Assembly (NCBI GenBank): GCA_050246815.1
Contig: JBFWVI010000018.1
Location: 1 to 58,354, forward strand
DNA: 58,354 nucleotides
From: Bdellovibrionales bacterium
GTDB lineage: Bacteria; Bdellovibrionota; Bdellovibrionia; Bdellovibrionales; UBA1609
Direction of reading: 5' to 3'
A program made the position numbers and the translations under genes. Shown one piece after another: positions 9,735-19,455 of the stretch. How positions within the stretch are numbered: the first letter of the stretch is position 1; each line of letters begins with the position of its first letter. A model generated the notes under the pieces. That model saw nothing but the letters and a program-made list of their open reading frames with translations. It ran no database searches and had not been told where the DNA came from.

Positions 9735-9783
9735 TGGCACGATCCAGGCACGGGCTCCGTGGAGCAATCGTAATTTTGGCACG
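9735..9783 (+). repeat. Tandem GGCACG(A) site, putative recombinase arm-type sites
   Basis: TGGCACGATCCAGGCACGG with 11-bp period, plus a third TGGCACG at 9777. Confidence 0.75.
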
Positions 9784-9806
9784 CTTCCAATAAAGAGAAT
9801 CGGTAG

Positions 9807-10280
9807 CTACTGCTTAGGAGCTGATTCCGCAAATGCTTCCGTAAGCCCTCTGTCAGCTAGATCCTTAGATTCTCGATCCGATGGCTGAAAGCCCAAACTC
9901 TTCGACTCCACCAGCAATGCACGCACGTTTTCGGGCTTTTGATCTTTCTGAGTTCGTTCGTAAAAGTCTGCCAACTGAATTGCATCATGGAAGAGTGCCT
10001 GGGCCACTCTTCTTGAATCTCCCCCGTAAACAGACGCGTAGAGGTCTTTTGCTCGAGAAACATCTTGGGCAACGCACACTCCACGCGAATGGAGGCTACC
10101 CAACAGATACTTGGCTTCCTTTGAAAAAGGAGAAGCCCATTTCAAAGTCTTGTGACCTTCGCAAGGCTTATCGCTTTCAATACTCTCACGCGCAGACTCG
10201 ACGGCGAATGATAGGCTAACTAAAAAGCCGATCACACAAACGATAATCGCAACAAATGTTATCAAAATCATTTTCTTCAA
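9807..10280 (-). CDS. Sel1-like repeat exported protein, probable immunity protein for the upstream Tlde1-like tip
   Basis: Signal/TM segment and Sel1-like [22 protein letters not shown]; start overlaps the toxin stop. Confidence 0.7.
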   Translation of the reverse strand: MKKMILITFVAIIVCVIGFLVSLSFAVESARESIESDKPCEGHKTLKWASPFSKEAKYLLGSLHSRGVCVAQDVSRAKDLYASVYGGDSRRVAQALFHDAIQLADFYERTQKDQKPENVRALLVESKSLGFQPSDRESKDLADRGLTEAFAESAPKQ

Positions 10281-10789
10281 AATCCAACCTCAATGGTGTT
10301 ACTGCCTGCATCTTGGTTCAGTATATTATTGATATTATTAAAATTGTTATCGTTTTCCCCTCGGTCGCCGGTAATACAGCCGTTGGAACCGCCCTTCCTC
10401 AGATGCAGATTGAAACCACCGCGATTCATGTTCAGGCGATATCCGATTCTCGACAGAAGACCTGGATCAAGAAACCAATCGCGTGCATTCGCTCCTGGTA
10501 CTTTCGTGATGTCGTACTTCCCGATAGGAATCGGTCCACCTTGGTAACCCGTCGATCCAGGATCGTTATTCCCGCTAAACATATTGGCACTTCCTGTCGA
10601 GCTTCCATCGTTGCTTGTGCAACTCAGTCGGCCTGTGCTGATGCTGTATGTGCATCGAGCGAGTCCTGACGGGTCGACCCAATTCACGGGGTCATTGGCA
10701 ACATACCCAAACAAATTCGTATCACCACCACCAAAGAGAATTGGGTCTTTCGATGTAAAGCGGCCTGTTTCTGGATCATAATCTCTTGC
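10277..10789 (-). pseudogene. Orphan Rhs C-terminal cassette 1: core end + Tlde1/DUF2778-like toxin domain
   Basis: [40 protein letters not shown], then GPIPIGKY and RGGFNLH....SNGCI. Rhs homology stops at about 10789. Confidence 0.85.
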
Positions 10790-10896
10790 TCTTTCAACCG
10801 CCACATTCATTTTAATAATCATAACCTGTTTATTTCGATTTGGAAGCACTTTGAGCGAACTGATTTTTTTAATAGTCCCGAATTTTTCTAATTTTT

Positions 10897-10916
10897 AGCC
10901 ACGGATTCTGGCACGA
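10897..10916 (+). repeat. Left-end tandem GGCACGA-type site of element 1
   Basis: AGCCACGGATTCTGGCACGA; the units begin 123 and 135 bp from the core at 10775. Confidence 0.7.
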
Positions 10917-11072
10917 CGTATTTCGGCCTCTCCAAAAACCTTCAGAAAATTTCGCGGAAAATTTTTTTTATATTTGGGACGGCACTTTGGACGAAAACGC
11001 ACTGTGTATTATTCGAGGGGTTTATGGCGTATAGGTAGGGCCAAACCCGATAGAGCGTTAAAGCAATAGATT

Positions 11073-11408
11073 CTATTTTGGTCGATTTCGATAGGCTTCA
11101 GCGAGCATATATTTAAATGGGCTACCCTTCGTACCACTGCCTGATCGCACAATGGTCCCGATCTCAACCAAAAACTTCACGTAGCGCATAACCGTTCGTT
11201 TTCTAAAACGCACAAGTTTTAGTAATTCATCCCGCGTGAGTGGTTTATCAGTTAAAAGGCGCATGGCCTCCATTAGAATGTCTCTCATCACAAGTTTACG
11301 CTTTTTACGTTTCAGCGCGAAAAGTGGATTGTCGCCATGTTCTTCAAAAATTCCTGTCAGTCTTATGGTCATTGGGCACCTCACCAAAGATAAGATTCTT
11401 GCTCCCAA
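11073..11408 (-). CDS. Small basic winged-HTH-like protein
   Basis: LTRDELLKL...RTVMRYVKFLVEIG.I.R.G.G.KGSPFKY pattern; start uncertain. Confidence 0.5.
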   Translation of the reverse strand: MGARILSLVRCPMTIRLTGIFEEHGDNPLFALKRKKRKLVMRDILMEAMRLLTDKPLTRDELLKLVRFRKRTVMRYVKFLVEIGTIVRSGSGTKGSPFKYMLAEAYRNRPK

Positions 11409-11498
11409 CGACGCTTTTAAAAATTTTTAGAAAAGATCACGTCTGCATAGGGTAAAAATGCAAAATATCCTGGGTCCGAGGATTCTTGGTCCGAAGCT

Positions 11499-11708
11499 TT
11501 ACTTACGTTTTCTTTCTGCGTGGACGAACTGATCGACCGCGTATTGGATTACATCTGTTTTATTCCAGCCCTTGGCTTTGGCGACCTCTTCTATTTCTTC
11601 GATCAAGGCCTCAGGTAAACGCAAAGAGACCATTTTACGGTCTTTGTCATCCGTATATTTAAACTCTAGCTCAGGTCGTTTTGGCAGCGTTTTAAATTGA
11701 TTCGCCAT
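11499..11708 (-). CDS. Ribbon-helix-helix (CopG) regulator
   Basis: MVSLRLPEALIEEIEEVAK..GWNKTDVI..AV; counterpart of 23717-23899. Confidence 0.8.
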   Translation of the reverse strand: MANQFKTLPKRPELEFKYTDDKDRKMVSLRLPEALIEEIEEVAKAKGWNKTDVIQYAVDQFVHAERKRK

Positions 11709-11746
11709 ACTCCATTATATTCTGCCTAGGTCTTTTTTTGCAAGCA

Positions 11747-11768
11747 ATGTCAATACGTGTATTGACAT
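11747..11768. promoter_or_regulatory. Inverted repeat (operator) overlapping divergent -35 boxes
   Basis: ATGTCAATAC-gt-GTATTGACAT; contains TTGACA on both strands. Confidence 0.6.
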
Positions 11769-11811
11769 GTTAATACGTTGCGTTATTATATGTATAACAG
11801 TCGGAGGTCCT

Positions 11812-12144
11812 ATGAGAACCACGAACCTAGCCATAAAACAAACAGTTACCGCGAGTGATATTTCGCAGGTCTTAAGCCTTCGTAGAACCTATGAAGCGCA
11901 AAAGCGCCGCCTTGAAATCGCGGAAACCGCTTTAAATGAACTAGAGCGCGCCATCATTCAACGTATTCAAAATGGCGCTACGGTTATCTGCGCATTTGAA
12001 GTGGCCGTTAAATCAATAGAGCGGAGAAATGTTGCGTGGAAGTCCGTCACGGCAGAACTGATAGGCCATGATGCCACCGAAGCCATCTTAGCCAGTACAA
12101 CGCCGACTATTTCTTATAGACTACTCATTAACAAGGGCGAGTGA
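11812..12144 (+). CDS. Hypothetical phage-like protein
   Basis: GGAGG RBS before ATG 11812; coiled-coil N-terminal half; overlaps the next gene. Confidence 0.6.
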   Translation: MRTTNLAIKQTVTASDISQVLSLRRTYEAQKRRLEIAETALNELERAIIQRIQNGATVICAFEVAVKSIERRNVAWKSVTAELIGHDATEAILASTTPTISYRLLINKGE

Positions 12145-12782
12145 CCGTGGACTTGCCCTTTCAGGGTGCAAAGCCCAAAAAGTTTATTCTTTATTTAAGA
12201 GTCTCGACGCTGGAGCAGAACACAGACCTCCAGCGTCTTGAACTGGCTGACTATGCACAAAAGCGCGGCTGGGAGTATGAAATACTTGAAGACAAGGCCA
12301 CGGGTAAAAACGCGAACCGCCCTGCGCTTAAAAAACTCATGCAGCTTGCTCAGATGCGTAAAATCGACGGCATTGCAGTCTGGAGGGCTGACAGATTATT
12401 TCGCAGTTTGAAAGAGGCCGTGGTGACATTGAGCGCACTCACCGAAATGAACGTCGCCTTTTACAGCCACAAAGATGGAATAGATTTGTCAACTTCTCAC
12501 GGCAGGCTATTTTCGCATTTACTTTTTGCTTTGGCAGAATTTGAAGGTGAACTCAATAAATCACGCGTGATTGCAGGATTACACGCGGCCAAGGCTCGCG
12601 GCGTTCGCTTGGGCCGTCCACAAGTCATTACCCAAGAAATTATCAATGAAGTTTTAAACCTTCGGCAAAAGGGCATCTCAATTCGCCAAATCTCAGAAAT
12701 GCTTGGCCGTCGCGTGAGCAAGACGTCGATAGAGCGCATTTTACGCGACTCCAATAATCCATCCAAAAAGGTGGGTATATGA
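12141..12782 (+). CDS. Serine recombinase (resolvase/invertase) with C-terminal HTH
   Basis: YLRVST..Q, RPAL, DRLFRS and G.RLGRP motifs. Confidence 0.92.
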   Translation: MTVDLPFQGAKPKKFILYLRVSTLEQNTDLQRLELADYAQKRGWEYEILEDKATGKNANRPALKKLMQLAQMRKIDGIAVWRADRLFRSLKEAVVTLSALTEMNVAFYSHKDGIDLSTSHGRLFSHLLFALAEFEGELNKSRVIAGLHAAKARGVRLGRPQVITQEIINEVLNLRQKGISIRQISEMLGRRVSKTSIERILRDSNNPSKKVGI

Positions 12783-12920
12783 GACGCTTAAATTCATTTG
12801 CCCGACTGATTTGGTCAACTGTCCAAGACACTCATCAAACTTTAGTTTTTGAGGCAAAGAACCAGCCACGTCCAGTCATTGAGAATTTTTCAACTGAAAT
12901 TGATTCGGTTGGGCCAGTGA

Positions 12921-13283
12921 TTGATTGGACTTAACCAAGCTATGGAAAAGACGAAACTATCATTGATGGCACTAACTCTTAGGAACCAATTAAAACTGCT
13001 CCTTGAGCGGCATGAGATGACTGCGGCCCAACTCAGTCGCAAAAGCGGCGTGAGTCAGCAAGTGCTGTCAATATGGCTTCGCGGCGGTGAACCTAAGAAA
13101 ATGAATCAAGTCAAAAAAGTCGCCGACGTATTTGGTGTGAGTGTTGACCAACTTTGTTTTGGCAACGGACTCGATAGCCATTCTCAACGCGTAACAGAAC
13201 TCGATGCCCTGCTTGGCGAAGACCAATGGGTTGGCGGTTTGTTCGAGGTACGGTTTAGACGAGTTAAAGGAGGCGCAAAATGA
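12921..13283 (+). CDS. XRE-family HTH regulator
   Basis: MTAAQLSRKSGVSQQVLSIW...VADVFGVSVDQL.FG; counterpart of 24066-24398; start uncertain. Confidence 0.82.
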   Translation: MIGLNQAMEKTKLSLMALTLRNQLKLLLERHEMTAAQLSRKSGVSQQVLSIWLRGGEPKKMNQVKKVADVFGVSVDQLCFGNGLDSHSQRVTELDALLGEDQWVGGLFEVRFRRVKGGAK

Positions 13284-14404
13284 ATTTAGTCCGAATCATA
13301 TTCATGGCACTACTGCTGATGGGATGTGCTTCAACTCCTGAAAAAACTGGCATTGAAGGCAAAGCTGTAGAAATTCAATCGTTCCCATCGGAAACATGGG
13401 ACGGCAAAACCATCGAATACTTATCAATCATTAAATTCCCTTCGCTGGCGGGAAAAACCAAAAAAGAAGCCGAGAACATCAGGCGGTTATACGTTCAGAT
13501 GGGTCTTAAAAAAAGTTTCCAGTTTTTGTTTCGCATCGTTAAGTACGACCCTACCGCAATTCAAGCGACCTATTCTGGCTCTTGCGAAGACCTCGCGCCA
13601 CTTAAGCAAAAGACTTGCCCGATGACAAAAATGTCCACGGGCGAGAAAAATCTCGACTTCAGCGCATGGAGTGAATTTATCAAATTCGCAGAGCCTCTAC
13701 CTAAATCGACAGATGTGAGAATTAAATATGTCGAGGACCGCCTTCTAAATTTTGAAGACATTCCGATTTTGACTTCAATAAAAGATAGCGACGGCAATAT
13801 GATGCCAACGGTGTATTTTGCTCCCGATAAAATTGTACCCGATCATTATGACGGCTTTTTAACGACGGAATTTCAAGCGGCGGAATACGAAGGCCAAATA
13901 AAGATCAATGACAAATACGACGTGCGTTTCGAACTCCCATCGGCGGCGATCTTTGTCCCTTTGGATAAAAAAGCTGATGACAGAATCACGCTAATTGCAC
14001 CGCACGAAAAGTTAGCAAATTTGTTCCATAAGAGCGCACCGAATTTATCGACTGCGTTTCTTGCGAAAATGGACAGCGAAATCTCAAAGAAGTTAGAACC
14101 GTATTCCATCGCGTTGGCCAGCGGCGGCGCTGACGGCGGGACCATCATTACGAATTTGATTCAGGATGAATTGTATAATCAAGACGAAGACTCCTCTTCT
14201 GAAGTCCGTATGCCAAGTTGGATCAGCGACGTGGATATTCCCCGTGGGAAGGCCGTTTTTTGCTATCTGCTCCTATATGCAGCAAAAATAGAAGCTGAGC
14301 GCCACAAAGAAGATGGCTTAGTTGTCTTTAAAATTTCAGTGAACATGGATGAGCTTTTACGATTAGCGAAGGTGGAACCTTATGAAAAGCATATGGAAAA
14401 ATAG
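13280..14404 (+). CDS. Hypothetical lipoprotein
   Basis: Lipobox LLMGC; GGAGG RBS. Confidence 0.7.
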   Translation: MNLVRIIFMALLLMGCASTPEKTGIEGKAVEIQSFPSETWDGKTIEYLSIIKFPSLAGKTKKEAENIRRLYVQMGLKKSFQFLFRIVKYDPTAIQATYSGSCEDLAPLKQKTCPMTKMSTGEKNLDFSAWSEFIKFAEPLPKSTDVRIKYVEDRLLNFEDIPILTSIKDSDGNMMPTVYFAPDKIVPDHYDGFLTTEFQAAEYEGQIKINDKYDVRFELPSAAIFVPLDKKADDRITLIAPHEKLANLFHKSAPNLSTAFLAKMDSEISKKLEPYSIALASGGADGGTIITNLIQDELYNQDEDSSSEVRMPSWISDVDIPRGKAVFCYLLLYAAKIEAERHKEDGLVVFKISVNMDELLRLAKVEPYEKHMEK

Positions 14405-15077
14405 TATTTCCGTGCTCATTGCTTTGTTTTCTTGCGTGGCCCAGGCTGACGAACTGGACACCCATTTGGCCAAACTAAAAAAGGTCGTCGAAAAAGATGG
14501 CCGCTGCGAGTTTGCAGTAGCCCAAATCCCCACTGGAAACCATCGGACATCAGAATCTCTTTGGCCTAAGTCAGTCGCTTGCCTTGGTGACATTGTCGTC
14601 AATGAGGGCACTATGCGCGAGAAGTCAGGATGCGCCGCCTTTTATCTCGACACTTACACACTGCGAACAAGTGGCGTCGGCACCGAGGGTCGCATGAAAA
14701 TTGCCAACGGTAAAAAGTGCGCGAGCGATGGGCTTGAGGAGGTCACTGGTCTCAACCTTCAAGGGTACGTCGATGAAAAAGCTGGATCATTTAACGGTGT
14801 ACCAAATTTAGATGTCGGCTGGGTTTTCTATGATGGCAGTCGCACAAATTTTATGACTCCAACTATCGTTTACTCGAAAAGCAGCCAAAGATACGAAGCG
14901 TGGTGGAATCAAAAGCGAAAAGAAGTGATTGCTCAGAATAAGGCCCTGGCGGAAAAGAGAAAAGTTGAGGAGCGGCAAGCTCACGACAGCGACTTAGCCG
15001 AACAGCGCAAATTGAATGAGGAGAAAATTCAACAACGGAAGAAAAACAAAGAAGCTGAAGCCCTCTGGAAAGAGTGA
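14382..15077 (+). CDS. Hypothetical secreted protein with a C-terminal coiled coil
   Basis: Signal peptide ending AQA; paired cysteines. Confidence 0.65.
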   Translation: MKSIWKNSISVLIALFSCVAQADELDTHLAKLKKVVEKDGRCEFAVAQIPTGNHRTSESLWPKSVACLGDIVVNEGTMREKSGCAAFYLDTYTLRTSGVGTEGRMKIANGKKCASDGLEEVTGLNLQGYVDEKAGSFNGVPNLDVGWVFYDGSRTNFMTPTIVYSKSSQRYEAWWNQKRKEVIAQNKALAEKRKVEERQAHDSDLAEQRKLNEEKIQQRKKNKEAEALWKE

Positions 15078-15086
15078 GGAGGTCGC

Positions 15087-15569
15087 GTGATGCCGTCTCC
15101 TGATGAACTTTTAAGCCGATTTGTCGAAATTCAAGTGCTTCAAGGCAATCCCGAAGCAATTGCTTATTTTGAATCATTGGATTCGATTTCTCAGAGCCTT
15201 TTACTTGCGGGTGTCGAAGAGCCAATCATTAATGAAATCTTTAATGACAAGTCGGTGCCGCTGCACACATTGAGGCGCATTGCTAGTAACTGGCCAATCA
15301 GCGAAAAGTGGCGGTGCATTTTTACGGAGCGCCTTAGCAAGGCGGCAAATCAAAATACCAAAACAAAAGACGCATACGAGATTCTTGGCATTGGCAGCGA
15401 TGCTTCTGAAATTGAAATCAGCGTCGCATACAAAGACGCCATCAAAAAATACCACCCCGACCGAGTGGCAAACTTGGGCCAAGAACTACAAGACCTGGCG
15501 GAACAAAAATGTAAAGAAATTAACGGCGCATACGATCTCATAAAAAATCAGCGCCGTTCCGCAGCTTAA
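15087..15569 (+). CDS. Protein with a C-terminal DnaJ domain (DjlA-like)
   Basis: DAYEILG...AYK..IKKYHPDR...KEINGAYDLI. Confidence 0.85.
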   Translation: MMPSPDELLSRFVEIQVLQGNPEAIAYFESLDSISQSLLLAGVEEPIINEIFNDKSVPLHTLRRIASNWPISEKWRCIFTERLSKAANQNTKTKDAYEILGIGSDASEIEISVAYKDAIKKYHPDRVANLGQELQDLAEQKCKEINGAYDLIKNQRRSAA

Positions 15570-15583
15570 AACGGGAGACGTAC

Positions 15584-16042
15584 ATGGACCAACGAAAACC
15601 CAGTGAATTGGAAATCGTTATAGACAAAATGCTTGGCGACTTGCAGCTAGATTTAACTAGTGCAAAGCATGTCACCGCTACAGGCGTAATATACAATTTT
15701 CTGTGGGATGACCGTCCTTTTTTTATATCGTTTCCGCCGACAATGCCGAACACCTATTCGCATGTTTTTAGAATGGAGATAGAAATTGCAGAGCTAAATG
15801 AAGCCGATGCTGGCCGCATACTTTACGAAATTGCACTCTACGTACATGTGCATGACTGCACTTTGATTCGTGTGGTCCCAAAGCCAAGCACTAACCGAAC
15901 AATCAAAGTTTTACTCCAAGTGGTTGGCTTGGTTGACTGGCTAAAGCCAGAGTTCATTTCAGATGTCGTCATCAATATGGCCGACCTTGCAATTTATTTC
16001 CGCGACACGATGACCGAGAGAAGCCAAAGAAAGACGGCGTGA
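15584..16042 (+). CDS. Hypothetical protein
   Basis: 152-aa ORF with RBS, in the same operon as the DnaJ gene. Confidence 0.6.
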   Translation: MDQRKPSELEIVIDKMLGDLQLDLTSAKHVTATGVIYNFLWDDRPFFISFPPTMPNTYSHVFRMEIEIAELNEADAGRILYEIALYVHVHDCTLIRVVPKPSTNRTIKVLLQVVGLVDWLKPEFISDVVINMADLAIYFRDTMTERSQRKTA

Positions 16043-16061
16043 TGCTCACTCAATCTATTAT

Positions 16062-16565
16062 TCAGGAATTATCTCTTAGCATAGCGAGGTCTTTTAGCTC
16101 CTGTGTGCACTCCGCTTTTAGTGAGTTAAGACGCTGTTGCACCATGCGCTGATGTTCCATCTGCCATCTTGTATTGGTTGGCGCGAGGCTTTCTTCTAGA
16201 ACACGCTTAATCGTCGATTTATTAAACCCGCTCGTATCAACCGTGATTTCGATATTTTTGCCAATCACTACAATTTCGGCATTCACTCGCCCTGCAATTT
16301 GAGGATGGCTTCGGAACGAACGCTCAAGCTGCATTCCGAAGTCTTGGTCGATGTTATGCTTTGCCTTGTACTTTAGGCTTGTCTTGCCCGTCTGTGACTG
16401 GTCAAGTGCTGGATTATCTAAGTCCACCTGAAGTGTTGGCGGAACCGTTTCATTGGCAATTTTGTCGTCGTAATATGTTTCAATCTCGACCTTAGCCGCG
16501 TCGAATCCGCTTGGACTTTTTAGGTCGTGCTTCTTAGACATTTGAATTGCGAGTTTTCCCATCAA
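16062..16565 (-). CDS. Hypothetical protein
   Basis: 167-aa ORF with GAGGTG RBS. Confidence 0.55.
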   Translation of the reverse strand: MMGKLAIQMSKKHDLKSPSGFDAAKVEIETYYDDKIANETVPPTLQVDLDNPALDQSQTGKTSLKYKAKHNIDQDFGMQLERSFRSHPQIAGRVNAEIVVIGKNIEITVDTSGFNKSTIKRVLEESLAPTNTRWQMEHQRMVQQRLNSLKAECTQELKDLAMLRDNS

Positions 16566-16686
16566 ACACCTCGCTAGGTTATCGGTTTTCGTGATGGCGC
16601 TCTAAACAGCACACGGCAGCAAGTGACCGATGAGACATGAGCGAGACAACAAGCGCTCGTGAGCGCATTAGGACACATTCAGCTAA

Positions 16687-17592
16687 TCAAGAGTATTTGA
16701 GCCTAATCGCGTTTTCCAAACGTTTACGAACCTGATCTGGGGTTTCATGTGGCTGAAGACGGCCAAAGTAATCAGGTCCCAAACGTCGCATTACGATGTC
16801 GTCGTTCGCCGCCTGAAGCTGCAAGAGTTCTTGCTCTAAGCGAAGACGCTCTTTTTCTGCAAAGGCAGCTTCATGAGGCCGTAACTTTTCTATTTTTTTA
16901 CTATTGGCAGCTTTTTTCCTAATCTTATCCAGTTTCAAAATTTGCTTTTTAGTCAGGTATGCCAATGGTTCGCCAACAATGTTCGCAATAAATTCCTGGT
17001 CATATTCATCAAGAGATTTGGACTGAGCCAATGATTCAAATTCAGTTTCATCAAGACCAATAGCCATTGGTTCTGCTTCGCTTTTTTCTTCCTTTGGCTC
17101 CTCCCTTGAAGACGTAGGATTTTTGTGTCCAGTAGCAGTAGCGATTACATTTGGTTTATATTTGTCGTTTACATCTGGTATTGGTTCCACCGCTTGAGGG
17201 CTTGGATTGCCTTGTTTGGTGAAATCCATTTCCCCATTTGGTGGAACGCTTTTTTCTCCAGAAACAGCGAGACTCGAATCGTCGTTGATGGTGTACCAAC
17301 ATGTTCTGTCGTAACGATGTCGGTTGAAGTTACCCTTCAAAATGGCTCCTTGAGCGACAAGATTGTTTAAAATTGTTTCGATTTGTTTTTCAGTCCAATA
17401 GGAAAAAAGCTTTGCGAAGTCTTTCACTGAATTGAAGGTCCAATAGCGTCCCTCTTTTAAGTGCATTCGTGACTGCTTAGCTTTGTTGTGGTCTGTCCAG
17501 AATCGTAAATTCTAAAGCATGATAGCTTCGGCAACGCCGTATTTGATGGCGTCTTCACGTGAAAAAACATGTTTTATTTCTTGGGTATCCAT
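16687..17592 (-). pseudogene. Phage-type replication initiator (N-terminal HTH) interrupted by an in-frame TAG
   Basis: Reads MDTQEIKHVFSREDAIKYGVAEAIML*NLRFW...GRYWTFNS..F.YW.EKQI...GNFN...YDRTCWYT. TAG at 17512-17514; RBS before ATG 17592. Confidence 0.75.
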
Positions 17593-18031
17593 AGCTATCC
17601 TTGCCCGTATTTAGCGAGCGCCTGGGTTGGTGAAGCGCGTCCGCCAACCCTCGGCAAGGAAGCTACTTCATATAGCTATATCACATTCAGATTGCGCCTT
17701 TAGGCTTTAGCGTCTCATTTTGAGACAAATGCCTGACAAAATTGATCGACTATAACTATATGAAATCATTTAACTATTGCAAATTTTATAAATGCTGCTA
17801 AACTGGTTTCAGATAGGTCGTTAAGAGCGATTTACCCAGCAAAGAGTTTTCTAAAAAAGAAGCTCGCCTCTCTTGGGTCATTTAATCCAGAGAAAAATTT
17901 AATTTTGAAACAAAACTTCACGCAATGGTGCGTGAGGTAACTGAACCCGTGTGTCCGCAAACGCGGATCGCACGACAACAATTTAATCGCCCATTTTAAG
18001 CAGACTTGCAGGGCGTAAAGCGAGGCTAAAT

Positions 18032-18415
18032 ATGCAACAACCATCCGTATTGTCCATACTGGACAGCATCTCAGTTTATGGGACATTGAGATCCCATCAA
18101 ACCAACGAGTATAACAATCAACATACGTCGCCAGTGAGGGCCGTCCCAAAAAGTCGCCTACGACTTATTGCGGATGCGCCCATGCTGTTGACGGTTCGGC
18201 AGCTAGAGGCACTGTCAGGGCTAACGGTCGGTAACATCTATTCGTTCATACGAACAGAGCCGACTTTTCCCTATGTAAATGTTGGCAAGAAAAAGAAGTA
18301 CTTGATCGATAAAGAAAAATTTTTTGCGTGGCTCGATAAACGTTCAGCCACAGACAAATCAGAACGCTTCAACTTATCAAGTGCCAACCAGTTAATTTCG
18401 AGGTTTAAAAAATGA
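18032..18415 (+). CDS. Excisionase/AlpA-like HTH protein (element 1)
   Basis: LLTVRQL...GLTVGNIYSFI..PTFPYVNVGKKKKYLID...AWL; overlaps the integrase start. The true start may be further downstream. Confidence 0.78.
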   Translation: MQQPSVLSILDSISVYGTLRSHQTNEYNNQHTSPVRAVPKSRLRLIADAPMLLTVRQLEALSGLTVGNIYSFIRTEPTFPYVNVGKKKKYLIDKEKFFAWLDKRSATDKSERFNLSSANQLISRFKK

Positions 18416-19443
18416 AACACAATATCGCAGTAAAAATACACAAGCTAACCAGTGGTCAATTTCAGACCTCTTATGAAAACCCAATTACAAAAAAACGTAA
18501 GCGCCATAAATTTGCCGAGCTAAAGCTCGCCGAGAACTTCAAGGCCGATCTTGAACGCAAATTCTACTCTGGTAATATGAATCACTTTTCTGAGGAATAC
18601 GTTGGCCGCTTGATTGAGCGTCACCTTAAAGAATGTCCAGAGTCGCGGCTTATGGAGCGAATGAACGTCTTTCAATCATTCTGCGATGAATTTAGCGGCT
18701 TTAAACAAAAGGACCTAACCAAATCAGAACTCAAGCACTGGTTTGAAAAAATTCGAGAGAAGCAGGATTATTCTGAGCGCACACTTGCCACGATAAAAAG
18801 CCAAATCAATTATTTTTTTAAATTTCTAGTGGAAGAGGGTTTGCTCAATCAGTCTCCGCTCGACCAAATTAAATTCAAGCGGAACCCGCCTCCTCGCCGA
18901 ACTCGCGTCATCCTGTCGATTGACGAGGTGCGAACCATTTTAAGTAACGCGAAGGCATTCTCGCCAGACCTGCTATACCCATTTTTGGCTTGCATCGCGC
19001 ACACTGGCGCTAGGCGCGAAGAGGTCATGCGCCTTAATCGCGGAGACATTGATTTTCAAACTGGGCTAATTCACCTCAAGGTCACAAAAAATGGCCGTGA
19101 ACGCTTTGTGAGAATGTCGCCAACCATCGAGGGCATTCTTCGTGCGCAGCTTTATAGCCACGATCATAAGCCCGTATTTACGAATAAAGAAGGCCAAGCG
19201 ATTGTTACAAATAAAACTTTCGGGCGGTTAATGAATAAGTTCAAAGCATTTTTCCCAATGGATAAGTCAGACTGGGGATGCCACAGCCTTCGTCACTCGT
19301 TCGCATACAACTTTTTAAAGAAGGGCGGCGAGATGTACCAGTTACAAGCAGTTTTAGGTCATCGCTCTATTGACGTGACCGTGGACCTCTATGGCCAACT
19401 GCAAGCCCAAGATATTTCAAACCCTTCGCCCTATGAACCATAA
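18412..19443 (+). CDS. Tyrosine recombinase A (element 1), intact catalytic set
   Basis: TGARREE, KNGRER, HSLRHSFA and LGHRSIDVT.DLY motifs. Confidence 0.93.
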   Translation: MKHNIAVKIHKLTSGQFQTSYENPITKKRKRHKFAELKLAENFKADLERKFYSGNMNHFSEEYVGRLIERHLKECPESRLMERMNVFQSFCDEFSGFKQKDLTKSELKHWFEKIREKQDYSERTLATIKSQINYFFKFLVEEGLLNQSPLDQIKFKRNPPPRRTRVILSIDEVRTILSNAKAFSPDLLYPFLACIAHTGARREEVMRLNRGDIDFQTGLIHLKVTKNGRERFVRMSPTIEGILRAQLYSHDHKPVFTNKEGQAIVTNKTFGRLMNKFKAFFPMDKSDWGCHSLRHSFAYNFLKKGGEMYQLQAVLGHRSIDVTVDLYGQLQAQDISNPSPYEP

Positions 19444-19455
19444 AGAGGAGAATTT

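Noticed and set aside
10790..10849. N-terminal extensions of the orphan Rhs ORFs (also 23455-23500) as real starts
   Set aside because: They are non-homologous element-end DNA that happens to be open, with no convincing RBS. Low-level expression cannot be excluded.
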